Shown here piece by piece: positions 34,277 through 41,910 of a stretch of DNA of 43,078 bases. Where the stretch lies: the IMG/VR virus record IMGVR_UViG_3300045988_169798, positions 1-43,078 of that record; one strand, 5' to 3'. The notes beneath the pieces are model-generated. The model searched no databases. It saw nothing but the letters and a program-made list of their open reading frames with translations, and was not told the DNA's origin. Position 1 is the stretch's first letter; each line of letters begins with the position of its first letter. The translations under genes and the position numbers were made by a program. The DNA is from a virus.

Positions 34277-35840
34277 TGTACGACGGTTCCGCTATCTGAT
34301 CCCGCAAAATCGCTTCCACGAGATCATTATCCACAATAGCGCCTTCCGTCCGAAACTTCACGCCCCGACGAAGAATATACTGCCGATACTCTTCCACGCT
34401 ACGCGGGGACAGATTTTTCGCCTCCAGCACTTGGTAAAGGCGCGTCTCGGTCGGCGGATTACTACTGAAATTATCCACCATACGCGTCAAATCCGGAACA
34501 AAAACATAATCGACCATTTTCAGCGCGTCGGGAAGCCAGAAATCGGCGGCTAGGCTGAAAGCTTTCCGAACGGCGGACGATGACACGCTCATCTGCTGCT
34601 CGAAAAGAGATAGAATAGCGGCCACGCGCATAATGTGATTCCCCATGCGGTCAATGACCGCCTGTACTGCCCGCTGGAAAGGCGACTCGCGAGCCGCCTC
34701 CCTACCCCAGTCTCGCATTGTTTCCACCCAAACATTCCGGGCCGACTCAGTCACAGTCATAGTAGCCGGCGTATTAACAGGCCAAAATTCGGTGGCGCAA
34801 GTGACAGTGCCACGGAATTCGTGCTGCATCATACCCAGCATCGTGGAAATGCGCTCGGAAGCATGCTCAACAAAACCATCACCACCATGCGCATTCCGGT
34901 CGTTGTTGGTGATCCATCCGAAAGACGACGGATCAGACTGGTGATTCTCCTCGTCCAACGCGAAAAGAATGCGCGGTCCCCACCCAGTCTCGAATAGGGA
35001 CTGTGACATGTTATCGACTACGTCGCCGAGGATTCCGGTGCCGCAGAAAGCAAAAGAATGAGGAACCCTATCACTGTCAGCCCGCTTGACACCATCGTCG
35101 CCAACACGCACAGACTCGACAGTCCTACCCGAGTAGACGTCGGTCAAGAAACCGATAAGCCCGCTACGATAACCCTCACCCTGTGACGCGGAATACATAT
35201 TCTGTAGTTCGTCTACGAACATGATAGACGCCCCACCAGGCCGCTGCGCCATCCGCAAATTCAAGCCTTCGGCCGTTACGTTCGACCCGAACAAAACATT
35301 CGCCATAAGGGACCGCTCGCACGGACTATTGTCGATACTGTTCAGCAAATCCTTACGATCAGCCTCGAACTCGGCGATGCGACTATTGATATCGTCCCGC
35401 TCGACACGATACTCATCAATATCAATACGCCCACTCCTCTTTTCCAGGGATTCCAGGCGACGATACAGCATGCGGAGTGCCGAATCACACTCCCGTACGG
35501 CCGCCAAAAGCGCTGACGAATCCCACCGGAACGCCTCCACACAATCGTCAAAAAACCCGCGCACCAAAGACTGTGCCGTCGTCTTCCTCGACAAAGTAGA
35601 CGCCCCAAGACAATGCGAATACAAAGTCAACGGCACCATACTCTGCGCGCTCGCAGACAGATGAGTTCTCGCAGACAACGGGGCAGACACCATCGTCAAG
35701 AAAGTCGTCCACAAAAACCTGGGAGGCGTCTCCGGCGACTTAGACTGCAAATAGTCAATGATCCTGTCAGCGAACCAATCATAATGCACACCCCCACACG
35801 GGAACGCAAACTCGTAATCCGCAACCCTCTCAACACTCAA
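34269..35840 (-). CDS. Putative primase-associated helicase/ATPase (DUF3987-like)
   Basis: 523 aa. Walker B-like IMFVDEL, degenerate P-loop GASTLSRKT. TTG start coupled to the upstream TGA. Confidence 0.4.
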   Translation of the reverse strand: MSVERVADYEFAFPCGGVHYDWFADRIIDYLQSKSPETPPRFLWTTFLTMVSAPLSARTHLSASAQSMVPLTLYSHCLGASTLSRKTTAQSLVRGFFDDCVEAFRWDSSALLAAVRECDSALRMLYRRLESLEKRSGRIDIDEYRVERDDINSRIAEFEADRKDLLNSIDNSPCERSLMANVLFGSNVTAEGLNLRMAQRPGGASIMFVDELQNMYSASQGEGYRSGLIGFLTDVYSGRTVESVRVGDDGVKRADSDRVPHSFAFCGTGILGDVVDNMSQSLFETGWGPRILFALDEENHQSDPSSFGWITNNDRNAHGGDGFVEHASERISTMLGMMQHEFRGTVTCATEFWPVNTPATMTVTESARNVWVETMRDWGREAARESPFQRAVQAVIDRMGNHIMRVAAILSLFEQQMSVSSSAVRKAFSLAADFWLPDALKMVDYVFVPDLTRMVDNFSSNPPTETRLYQVLEAKNLSPRSVEEYRQYILRRGVKFRTEGAIVDNDLVEAILRDQIAEPSYSE

Positions 35841-36151
35841 TTGTCTTCCGCCTCCACATGGGCAAGAAAACTATTGAAAGCGTCAATAATTTCATCGCCG
35901 TCGAAAGTATAACCGACGTCGAACATGAGGCCCCAGTATCGGTTTGTTTGTTCGAAAATCGTCGCCTTGTAGCCGCGGACAGTATCCGCTTCGAAAACGA
36001 ATCTATGCCCAGGCGATGCGACGACAATGCGGATGCTATTGTTCCAGGCGCTTACTTCCAGGCCGAGCGAATCGTTCCCGCCCTTGCTGGCGTAATTCTT
36101 GCACGCCTCGGTGACATGCTTCAGGAATTCCCAGTCGAATAGCTTGATCAT
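35837..36151 (-). CDS. Hypothetical early protein
   Basis: ATG 36151 overlaps the upstream TGA. 104 aa. Confidence 0.5.
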   Translation of the reverse strand: MIKLFDWEFLKHVTEACKNYASKGGNDSLGLEVSAWNNSIRIVVASPGHRFVFEADTVRGYKATIFEQTNRYWGLMFDVGYTFDGDEIIDAFNSFLAHVEAEDN

Positions 36152-36456
36152 TTGTCCTCCCACAGTTTTGTCTTGATTTCGTCGAGCAACTCCTGAAATC
36201 CCCATCCCCCGTCTCCATTCACTGTTGTTATCGTTTCGTCCATGTCGACCTCTCGAACACTCACCGAATACTCGCCACCCACAATGGAGAGAGTGCACCC
36301 ATATTGTTTCCCGGTGACGTCCAAGTAGAGGACAGACAGATCACTGTCCAGTATGGCGTCCTCCCCAGTATCCAATAGGATGGACTTGCAGCGCGGGTCA
36401 TTGAGCATCTCCGCAATGAACTCAGTCACAATATGACGTAGCTCGTCGTCAATCAC
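36148..36456 (-). CDS. Hypothetical acidic early protein
   Basis: 102 aa, D/E-rich. GTG 36456 overlaps the upstream TGA. Confidence 0.5.
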   Translation of the reverse strand: MIDDELRHIVTEFIAEMLNDPRCKSILLDTGEDAILDSDLSVLYLDVTGKQYGCTLSIVGGEYSVSVREVDMDETITTVNGDGGWGFQELLDEIKTKLWEDK

Positions 36457-36788
36457 GATTCTCGCCCTTCCACCATGCCAGCCAGCTCCATGAAGTTATT
36501 CACAGCATGAACGATCATGCCCTGGTCAGCATCACGCTCGTCCGAGAGGACATGATTCGACAGTTGAATAACGCGAACCCGCCATTCATCATCCTTCGTG
36601 ACAACAATTCTGAAGACGGTCCTATCGACAGGATTCATAGCCCGCGCTTTGAAACGAACCACGGAAAGATCGCCGTTGTCACTGTAGCAACGCAAGCCAA
36701 CAGACCCGCAGTGAGACCACCTAACAAAATCGCCAACACAGCTAGCGAGGAAAGCGAACACCGCCCTGTCAATGCTGGAGTCACTCAT
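36453..36788 (-). CDS. Hypothetical early protein
   Basis: ATG 36788 in an ATGAGTGA overlap with the upstream stop. 111 aa. Confidence 0.5.
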   Translation of the reverse strand: MSDSSIDRAVFAFLASCVGDFVRWSHCGSVGLRCYSDNGDLSVVRFKARAMNPVDRTVFRIVVTKDDEWRVRVIQLSNHVLSDERDADQGMIVHAVNNFMELAGMVEGRES

Positions 36789-37062
36789 TGCCAGCCCCCT
36801 TGCCGCGGTTCGCCGCGACAATCAAAGCACGGTGGACGAACTCACCAACACTCTCCGGAGGAATCGCCGTGCTCTTCCGCTTAACATGCCTTGCCCTCAC
36901 CGTGTCGCCGGCGACCACGATACGGCAGGTGCTGCCGATAGTGATGATGCCGCCGTCGTAAACCTTGCGGGCAGGCGCATGCACGTTGAACTCATGGCGG
37001 CGCCCGTCATCATTCCACTCACGAACCGCCTGAGCGATAACCGTCTCGAAAACTGTACCCAT
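36781..37062 (-). CDS. Hypothetical early protein
   Basis: 93 aa. GGGAAGAGAGAG RBS upstream of ATG 37062. Confidence 0.5.
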   Translation of the reverse strand: MGTVFETVIAQAVREWNDDGRRHEFNVHAPARKVYDGGIITIGSTCRIVVAGDTVRARHVKRKSTAIPPESVGEFVHRALIVAANRGKGAGNE

Positions 37063-37124
37063 AATATACTCTCTCTTCCCAAATATTGTGATGAACGCTA
37101 CTGTCCTGTTAATTGTGGAGGGGA

Positions 37125-37613
37125 TTAAATATCGAAGCCGATCACTTCCTCCACGGGCACGCCCACCAAATCACACAAATCAACCAGCCTGTCCCGCGCA
37201 TCAGACCAGGCGCACTCCCATATCGGCGAACCCTTATCACTGTCCCGCATTTCTTCCAGGCAAAGAATGAAATCATTCACCAAGCGACTACTTTCTTCTT
37301 TCCTCTCGTGGCGCTTAATGTGCTTGCAAATCCACCTGGCCGCAACCCCGGTATTCTCACCGACAGTGACAATTTTCTGCCACCAAGCATCCGCCGTCGT
37401 CTCTTTCGAACTGAAATACCACGCCGTCGGCCTACCACTATCAAACACGTACGTTTCAACAGTACCAACCTTAGTGTCCCAAATAATGACAGTGAAATCA
37501 TCGCCGTCATAATGGGACGTGGCAGGCGGCATATTCTCCCGAATAAACCCCATCTCAATATCCCGATCAGTTACCCCTTCATCGTTGGGGCCATCATATT
37601 CAAACCATAACAT
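37125..37613 (-). CDS. Hypothetical early protein
   Basis: 162 aa, Trp/Asp-rich, ATG start. Confidence 0.5.
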   Translation of the reverse strand: MLWFEYDGPNDEGVTDRDIEMGFIRENMPPATSHYDGDDFTVIIWDTKVGTVETYVFDSGRPTAWYFSSKETTADAWWQKIVTVGENTGVAARWICKHIKRHERKEESSRLVNDFILCLEEMRDSDKGSPIWECAWSDARDRLVDLCDLVGVPVEEVIGFDI

Positions 37614-37649
37614 TATTCTCTCCTCTCGTTTCCTTGGAATTGCGGTGGG

Positions 37650-38564
37650 TCAGACGATCACACTGTCAGGAATCTCCCGGATACGAACACAGAACCATCC
37701 CCACACCTCCTCCACAGCATCCGACCGGTCAGGAGAATCCAATCTGCCAGGGATAAGCTCGACACCACCCCTACCCGCGCCCTCAACAATCTGCCCAATA
37801 ATTTCACCATTGAAATAGGCGACAATCAAAGAATCCTCCGCCATTGCAAGAGTAATACCACAAGCGTCCGCCGCTGAAGTGAGACCCTCTATGACCGAGG
37901 CACCTACAACAAGACGGTCGAACATTTCCTGCACCTTGTCCGCAATATTCTCAGTACGGACCACGCCAATATTGGTCCCCCACTGGAGAGTCTCAATATT
38001 GTCCACGGTCAACGCGACCTCGCCGGAAACGAACATCATCTCACCAATCGGTGCCGTGTAAACGTGGAACCGCATTGAATGTGTGAGCGGCCTCTTCGGC
38101 CTTACCCCAATAGCATCCCCAACGGGAGTGCGGGAATGCGAAACAATGGGATCATGGGAGATGTCATCCACGAACTTGTCCCAGATGGGGCGTTTCGACG
38201 CGTCCTCCCCAATAAGCGGGTCAATATCCAGCTCGACGCCGCTCCGCCTCATAGCAACCATCATGGTGCCAATCGCCATCCCGCCGGACGACACTGTCAG
38301 AGCCGAAAACTCGTCCTCGTCAACATAGAGACCATGCTCATCGGCCAGGGTAAGAATGCGGTCATAAATCCTCGCCGCAGCCACCATGGAAGCCAGTCCC
38401 TCATTAGCAGAACGGCGGTCGTCCGGAAAATCGGGGAAATAGGCGGGTATGAGGCGATCGGACAGAAGAATATCCTCCCCGTCCATGATCTGCGTTGTGC
38501 CGTCCAACCAAATACCCCGCGACCAATTCGTGATGTCAATTGTGAAATGCGCGGCATAAAACAT
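37650..38564 (-). CDS. Hypothetical early protein
   Basis: GAAGGGGAAGAGGA RBS before ATG 38564 (MFYAAHFTIDITNW...). 304 aa. Confidence 0.5.
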   Translation of the reverse strand: MFYAAHFTIDITNWSRGIWLDGTTQIMDGEDILLSDRLIPAYFPDFPDDRRSANEGLASMVAAARIYDRILTLADEHGLYVDEDEFSALTVSSGGMAIGTMMVAMRRSGVELDIDPLIGEDASKRPIWDKFVDDISHDPIVSHSRTPVGDAIGVRPKRPLTHSMRFHVYTAPIGEMMFVSGEVALTVDNIETLQWGTNIGVVRTENIADKVQEMFDRLVVGASVIEGLTSAADACGITLAMAEDSLIVAYFNGEIIGQIVEGAGRGGVELIPGRLDSPDRSDAVEEVWGWFCVRIREIPDSVIV

Positions 38565-38611
38565 GATGTCCTCTTCCCCTTCAGTGTTTGTGTTGCCCGA
38601 ATTGCGGGGGG

Positions 38612-38794
38612 TTACCGTACTCCCAGCGTCCCCCATAGGACCCAGATAGCCGCCACGAAACCGAGCGTCCCGACGACGGCGAGACATGACGCGGTCAGGT
38701 AGATGATGGCGGCGAAGATGATTTCGCTGCTCCGCCTCAAAGGGCGGCGGGTCGCGGCGTTGGTGCGCTTCGGCGCCGCATGCCTCATGCTCAT
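38612..38794 (-). CDS. Small membrane protein
   Basis: 60 aa. Basic N-terminus then hydrophobic IIFAAIIYLTASCLAVVGTLGFVAAIWVLW. GGAAAGAGAG RBS. Confidence 0.5.
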   Translation of the reverse strand: MSMRHAAPKRTNAATRRPLRRSSEIIFAAIIYLTASCLAVVGTLGFVAAIWVLWGTLGVR

Positions 38795-39077
38795 GATCTA
38801 CTCTCTTTCCATGGTTTGGATTGTGTTGCGGGCTGCTGTCTTGCTCCCGATGGACTTAACTCTAGGGCCCCGATGGTAGCCCTGTCCACCCTCCCAGGGT
38901 GAGACGTCCGCCACACTTCCGGGGTTTGGTTCCCGACACGCAGCCCACCATCCCAGGAACACCACGAAAGGCGGATGGGTGATGGGCTACATGTGACCGC
39001 ATCCCCCATCCCGTGCGATCGCGAGACGGAGGATGCGATACCAGTCCGAGCGGCGGGCCACCCAGTGTCACGCTGTC

Positions 39078-39515
39078 TTAGATGACGTCAATACCGTTCT
39101 CCTCCAGTACACCCCCGATCTCTTCAACATTATCCACATTCACGCCAGCAACGCTAATGCCACACTCAATCTCGCCGTCACCGTGCTCAATGACCTCGAG
39201 CTCAAGCGTGACACGGTCCAGACCGAAAATGATTTGCCTGCCCAATAGTGCAATGGGGTGCGTGTCTACGTATCCGATAGTACGGAGAATGTCGAGGGCG
39301 CGGAACATTAAGTCGGCGCCGCGTGCGACGGTGGCGAACAGTTCCGTCAAATGTTCGGGCGTCTCTCTTTTATCGGCGACGCTCATCATGTAGTTTGTGC
39401 CGTCCATGTGCTCGACCATGATCGAGAACCGGGCCGGGGTGTCGTCTGACGGCTTCGTGACCCTACGCAGGTCTATGTGTCGGACGAGCATTCCCTCGCC
39501 CACCGCGTTGCTCAT
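39078..39515 (-). CDS. Hypothetical early protein (first gene of the leftward operon)
   Basis: GAAGAGAGGA RBS before ATG 39515. 145 aa. Confidence 0.5.
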   Translation of the reverse strand: MSNAVGEGMLVRHIDLRRVTKPSDDTPARFSIMVEHMDGTNYMMSVADKRETPEHLTELFATVARGADLMFRALDILRTIGYVDTHPIALLGRQIIFGLDRVTLELEVIEHGDGEIECGISVAGVNVDNVEEIGGVLEENGIDVI

Positions 39516-39678
39516 TTGTGTTCCATCCTCTCTTCGTGCGCCGACCTTCGGTGGTGTGTCCACCGTAGAAGAGCGGTGGTGGTGCTGTCAACCCACAGCA
39601 TGTGTGTGCTGTGTCTCAGTGGGTTCCGGGGGCTCCCATGGACTTGCGCTGCCACACCATCCGTGTCATACCGTGGAC

Positions 39679-39999
39679 ATGAACACCTCGACCGCTCCGC
39701 ACATCTCACCCGTCCTCGAGCCCGAGACCATGATGGCCCTCATCCTCCGCTACGTCGAAGACAATGAGAAGGCCGCCGACCAGTACCTGCGTGCGATGCT
39801 GCGTCTCTTCATGTTCGACCTCTACCCCGACGAGGGGTTCCAGCTGGTGCGCGACTTCGCCGTCGAGTCCACGAACGACATCCGAAACTTCGAGGGTGTG
39901 GAGATGTCGAGCCGGATCAACGTCGCACTGCGGCGGCTGATCGACCGTGCCAAGGCTGACGAGGCCTTCGTGGCCGAGCTGACCGAGTTGGCCGGCTGA
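39679..39999 (+). CDS. Hypothetical protein, divergent from the early operon
   Basis: 106 aa, helical, GC-rich codons. Start uncertain (no clear RBS). Confidence 0.45.
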   Translation: MNTSTAPHISPVLEPETMMALILRYVEDNEKAADQYLRAMLRLFMFDLYPDEGFQLVRDFAVESTNDIRNFEGVEMSSRINVALRRLIDRAKADEAFVAELTELAG

Positions 40000-40121
40000 G
40001 CCGCTCACCCCACCCACACACTGCGGCAGAGGATACCCCCCCTGGGTCTTGTGCCAGCCAAGGCCCGGGGGGCATTCTTATATCAACAGAACGCCCCAAC
40101 CGACCAGGGAGGAAAGAGGAA

Positions 40122-40466
40122 ATGAACAGCACCATCCACCGTACCGAGGACCTGGCCCTCGAGACCGTCGAGCTCGGCGTCATCTACCGGGTCCACGCCC
40201 CCCGTACCGGTGACCCGTGGACCCTCTACCCGACGGGCGACGAATGCGGCGTCGAATCCATCGAGCCGCTGGACGTCCCCGACGGATGGGACGACGCCTA
40301 CGAGTACGCGATGGGCGACGTGTGCATCTGGCCTCGCCTCGCCCGCCTCGCCATGGACGCCTATCTCGCTCATGCCATCCTCGAGGTCGCTTTCGTCCCC
40401 ATCGTCGACGAGGAGGCGGATACCGACTCGCGCGCCCTGCTGTACCGCTCCGTCTGGCCCTACTGA
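40122..40466 (+). CDS. Small acidic hypothetical protein
   Basis: GGAGGAAAGAGGAA RBS. 114 aa. Very GC-rich codons (40201-40260 has 41 G+C of 60). Confidence 0.55.
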   Translation: MNSTIHRTEDLALETVELGVIYRVHAPRTGDPWTLYPTGDECGVESIEPLDVPDGWDDAYEYAMGDVCIWPRLARLAMDAYLAHAILEVAFVPIVDEEADTDSRALLYRSVWPY

Positions 40467-40486
40467 TCCGACTGCCCTGAAGCCGG

Positions 40487-40521
40487 CGAGGCCCCACCTT
40501 CAACGAGGAGGTGGGGCCTCG
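40487..40521 (+). terminator. Rho-independent terminator
   Basis: CGAGGCCCCACCT 40487-40499 pairs with AGGTGGGGCCTCG 40509-40521 (13 bp), followed by T/G-rich tcgttgtggtgtgtt. Confidence 0.65.
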
Positions 40522-40542
40522 TCGTTGTGGTGTGTTCACTGT

Positions 40543-40558
40543 GGAATGGCGGTGTGTG
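40543..40558. repeat. Left arm of a 16-bp perfect inverted repeat (GGAATGGCGGTGTGTG)
   Basis: Exact reverse complement of 41746-41761. Confidence 0.85.
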
Positions 40559-41192
40559 GTGGGGTGAGTAGTGTCGGTTCTGCACGCCGATCTCTCACCG
40601 TTTCCGTTCATCTTTCGTTTACTTTGTTCACCTCCCGTTTACTTTCTACGCATGTGGGTTGTTTGCTAACAACTGGTTTTCTAGGGTTAAAACACCCGTT
40701 TGTGTTAGTACAATGTTGGTGCGTGTCGTCACACTTTCTGCCCTTGTAGCAAGGGATCGTGTCGATGCTTTTGGTGGGATTGCAACGTTTAGTCCCTGTT
40801 GGAGTGCCTTTGTTGGCAGTGTTTGTTGTGGTGACTTTGGTCCCGTATGCTACACTCGAGTAGACGAATCGTCGAAGACGATCACGGCGTAGCCGCCGAG
40901 GAGCCCTAGCGACGCAGGCGAGCGTTACGCCGTGGGTGTTTTCGAAGAGCTCGCCACTGTGTTGGGCCCAACCTATACTCTTAAAAGAGTACTAGAATTG
41001 GACAGTGTCTAGCTGTGTTAGACGGTGTCTAATTGGGAAACAGTTGTTATAACGTAATTGGTGTTCAATGGTGAACATGACGGTCGTTAATAGTGAACAG
41101 TGTGTGGTGTAAACAACAGACACTGCGTGGTGGTAAACAACACACCCAATAAGAAGACACGCAACACAAAACACAAAGGCGCGTGTTGCGTT

Positions 41193-41225
41193 ACGTGCGT
41201 GCTCGCAAAGCTGCGCGCGCACTAC
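41193..41225 (+). repeat. 33-bp perfect direct repeat, copy 1 (acgtgcgtgctcgcaaagctgcgcgcgcactac)
   Basis: Identical to 41878-41910. Internally self-complementary (GTGCGTGC / GCGCGCAC). Confidence 0.9.
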
Positions 41226-41399
41226 GCAACACACGCCAATCCAAAACAAAAAGAAAGCGAAGAAGAGAAAGAAGAAGAAAAGGAAAGGAGAGGAGAGAAG
41301 AGAGTAGTGTTAGACGGTGGAGGCGCTCGTCTCGCTGACGCTGCGACGCGCCACCACCTAACACAAACATAAACAAAGAAAAGGAAGAGAAAAATAGCG

Positions 41400-41744
41400 G
41401 TGAGCAGAACAAGCACCAGGGAACACAAACAATTCAGAAAACAAGTACTCGCCAGAGCACAAGCCATGGGCATCACACACTGCCCAGCATGCGGGATCAA
41501 ACTCCAATACAACAACAACGGACAACGCAAACCCAACAGCGCCGAAGCAGACCACATAATCCCAGCATCACTAGGCGGAACCAACCACCCAGACAACGGC
41601 AGAGTGTTATGCGCCAAATGCAACAGCAGACGCGGCAACGGACGACACGGCAAAGGAAGAGCACGCCACTACCAGAAAAACGATAACGAACGAGACAGAC
41701 TACCAATCGCCGTCATGCCCACCGAACACTCCGACACATGGTAG
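41400..41744 (+). CDS. HNH endonuclease
   Basis: 114 aa. CPACG ... EADHIIPASLGGTNHPDNGRVLCAKCNSRRGNG (H-N-H with CxxC pairs). GTG start. Confidence 0.8.
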   Translation: MSRTSTREHKQFRKQVLARAQAMGITHCPACGIKLQYNNNGQRKPNSAEADHIIPASLGGTNHPDNGRVLCAKCNSRRGNGRHGKGRARHYQKNDNERDRLPIAVMPTEHSDTW

Positions 41745-41745
41745 G

Positions 41746-41761
41746 CACACACCGCCATTCC
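41746..41761. repeat. Right arm of the 16-bp perfect inverted repeat (CACACACCGCCATTCC)
   Basis: Exact reverse complement of 40543-40558. Begins 2 nt after the HNH stop. Confidence 0.85.
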
Positions 41762-41877
41762 GTAACAGAAGAAAAGACGAAAAGACGAAAAAACAAAGAA
41801 GGGCGGGGCGCAAAGAGAAGACAGGAGAAGACAAGAGAAACAACAGGAAGAGGAAGACACAGTGGTGTTCGGGGATA

Positions 41878-41910
41878 ACGTGCGTGCTCGCAAAGCTGCG
41901 CGCGCACTAC
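41878..41910 (+). repeat. 33-bp perfect direct repeat, copy 2
   Basis: Identical to 41193-41225. Confidence 0.9.

Noticed and set aside
39021-39028. GCGATCGC (HIP1-like octamer) in the structured intergenic region
   Set aside because: It is a single occurrence inside a local palindrome, with no genome-wide over-representation visible. It is not meaningful on its own.
40860-40960. Possible tRNA or small structured RNA (GGCGTA...TACGCC stem, GTTTTCGAAG)
   Set aside because: I could not build a cloverleaf. There is no 7-nt T-loop with a GTTCRANYC-type sequence flanked by a 5-bp stem, and no acceptor or anticodon arms. I found no tRNA anywhere else in the window by eye.
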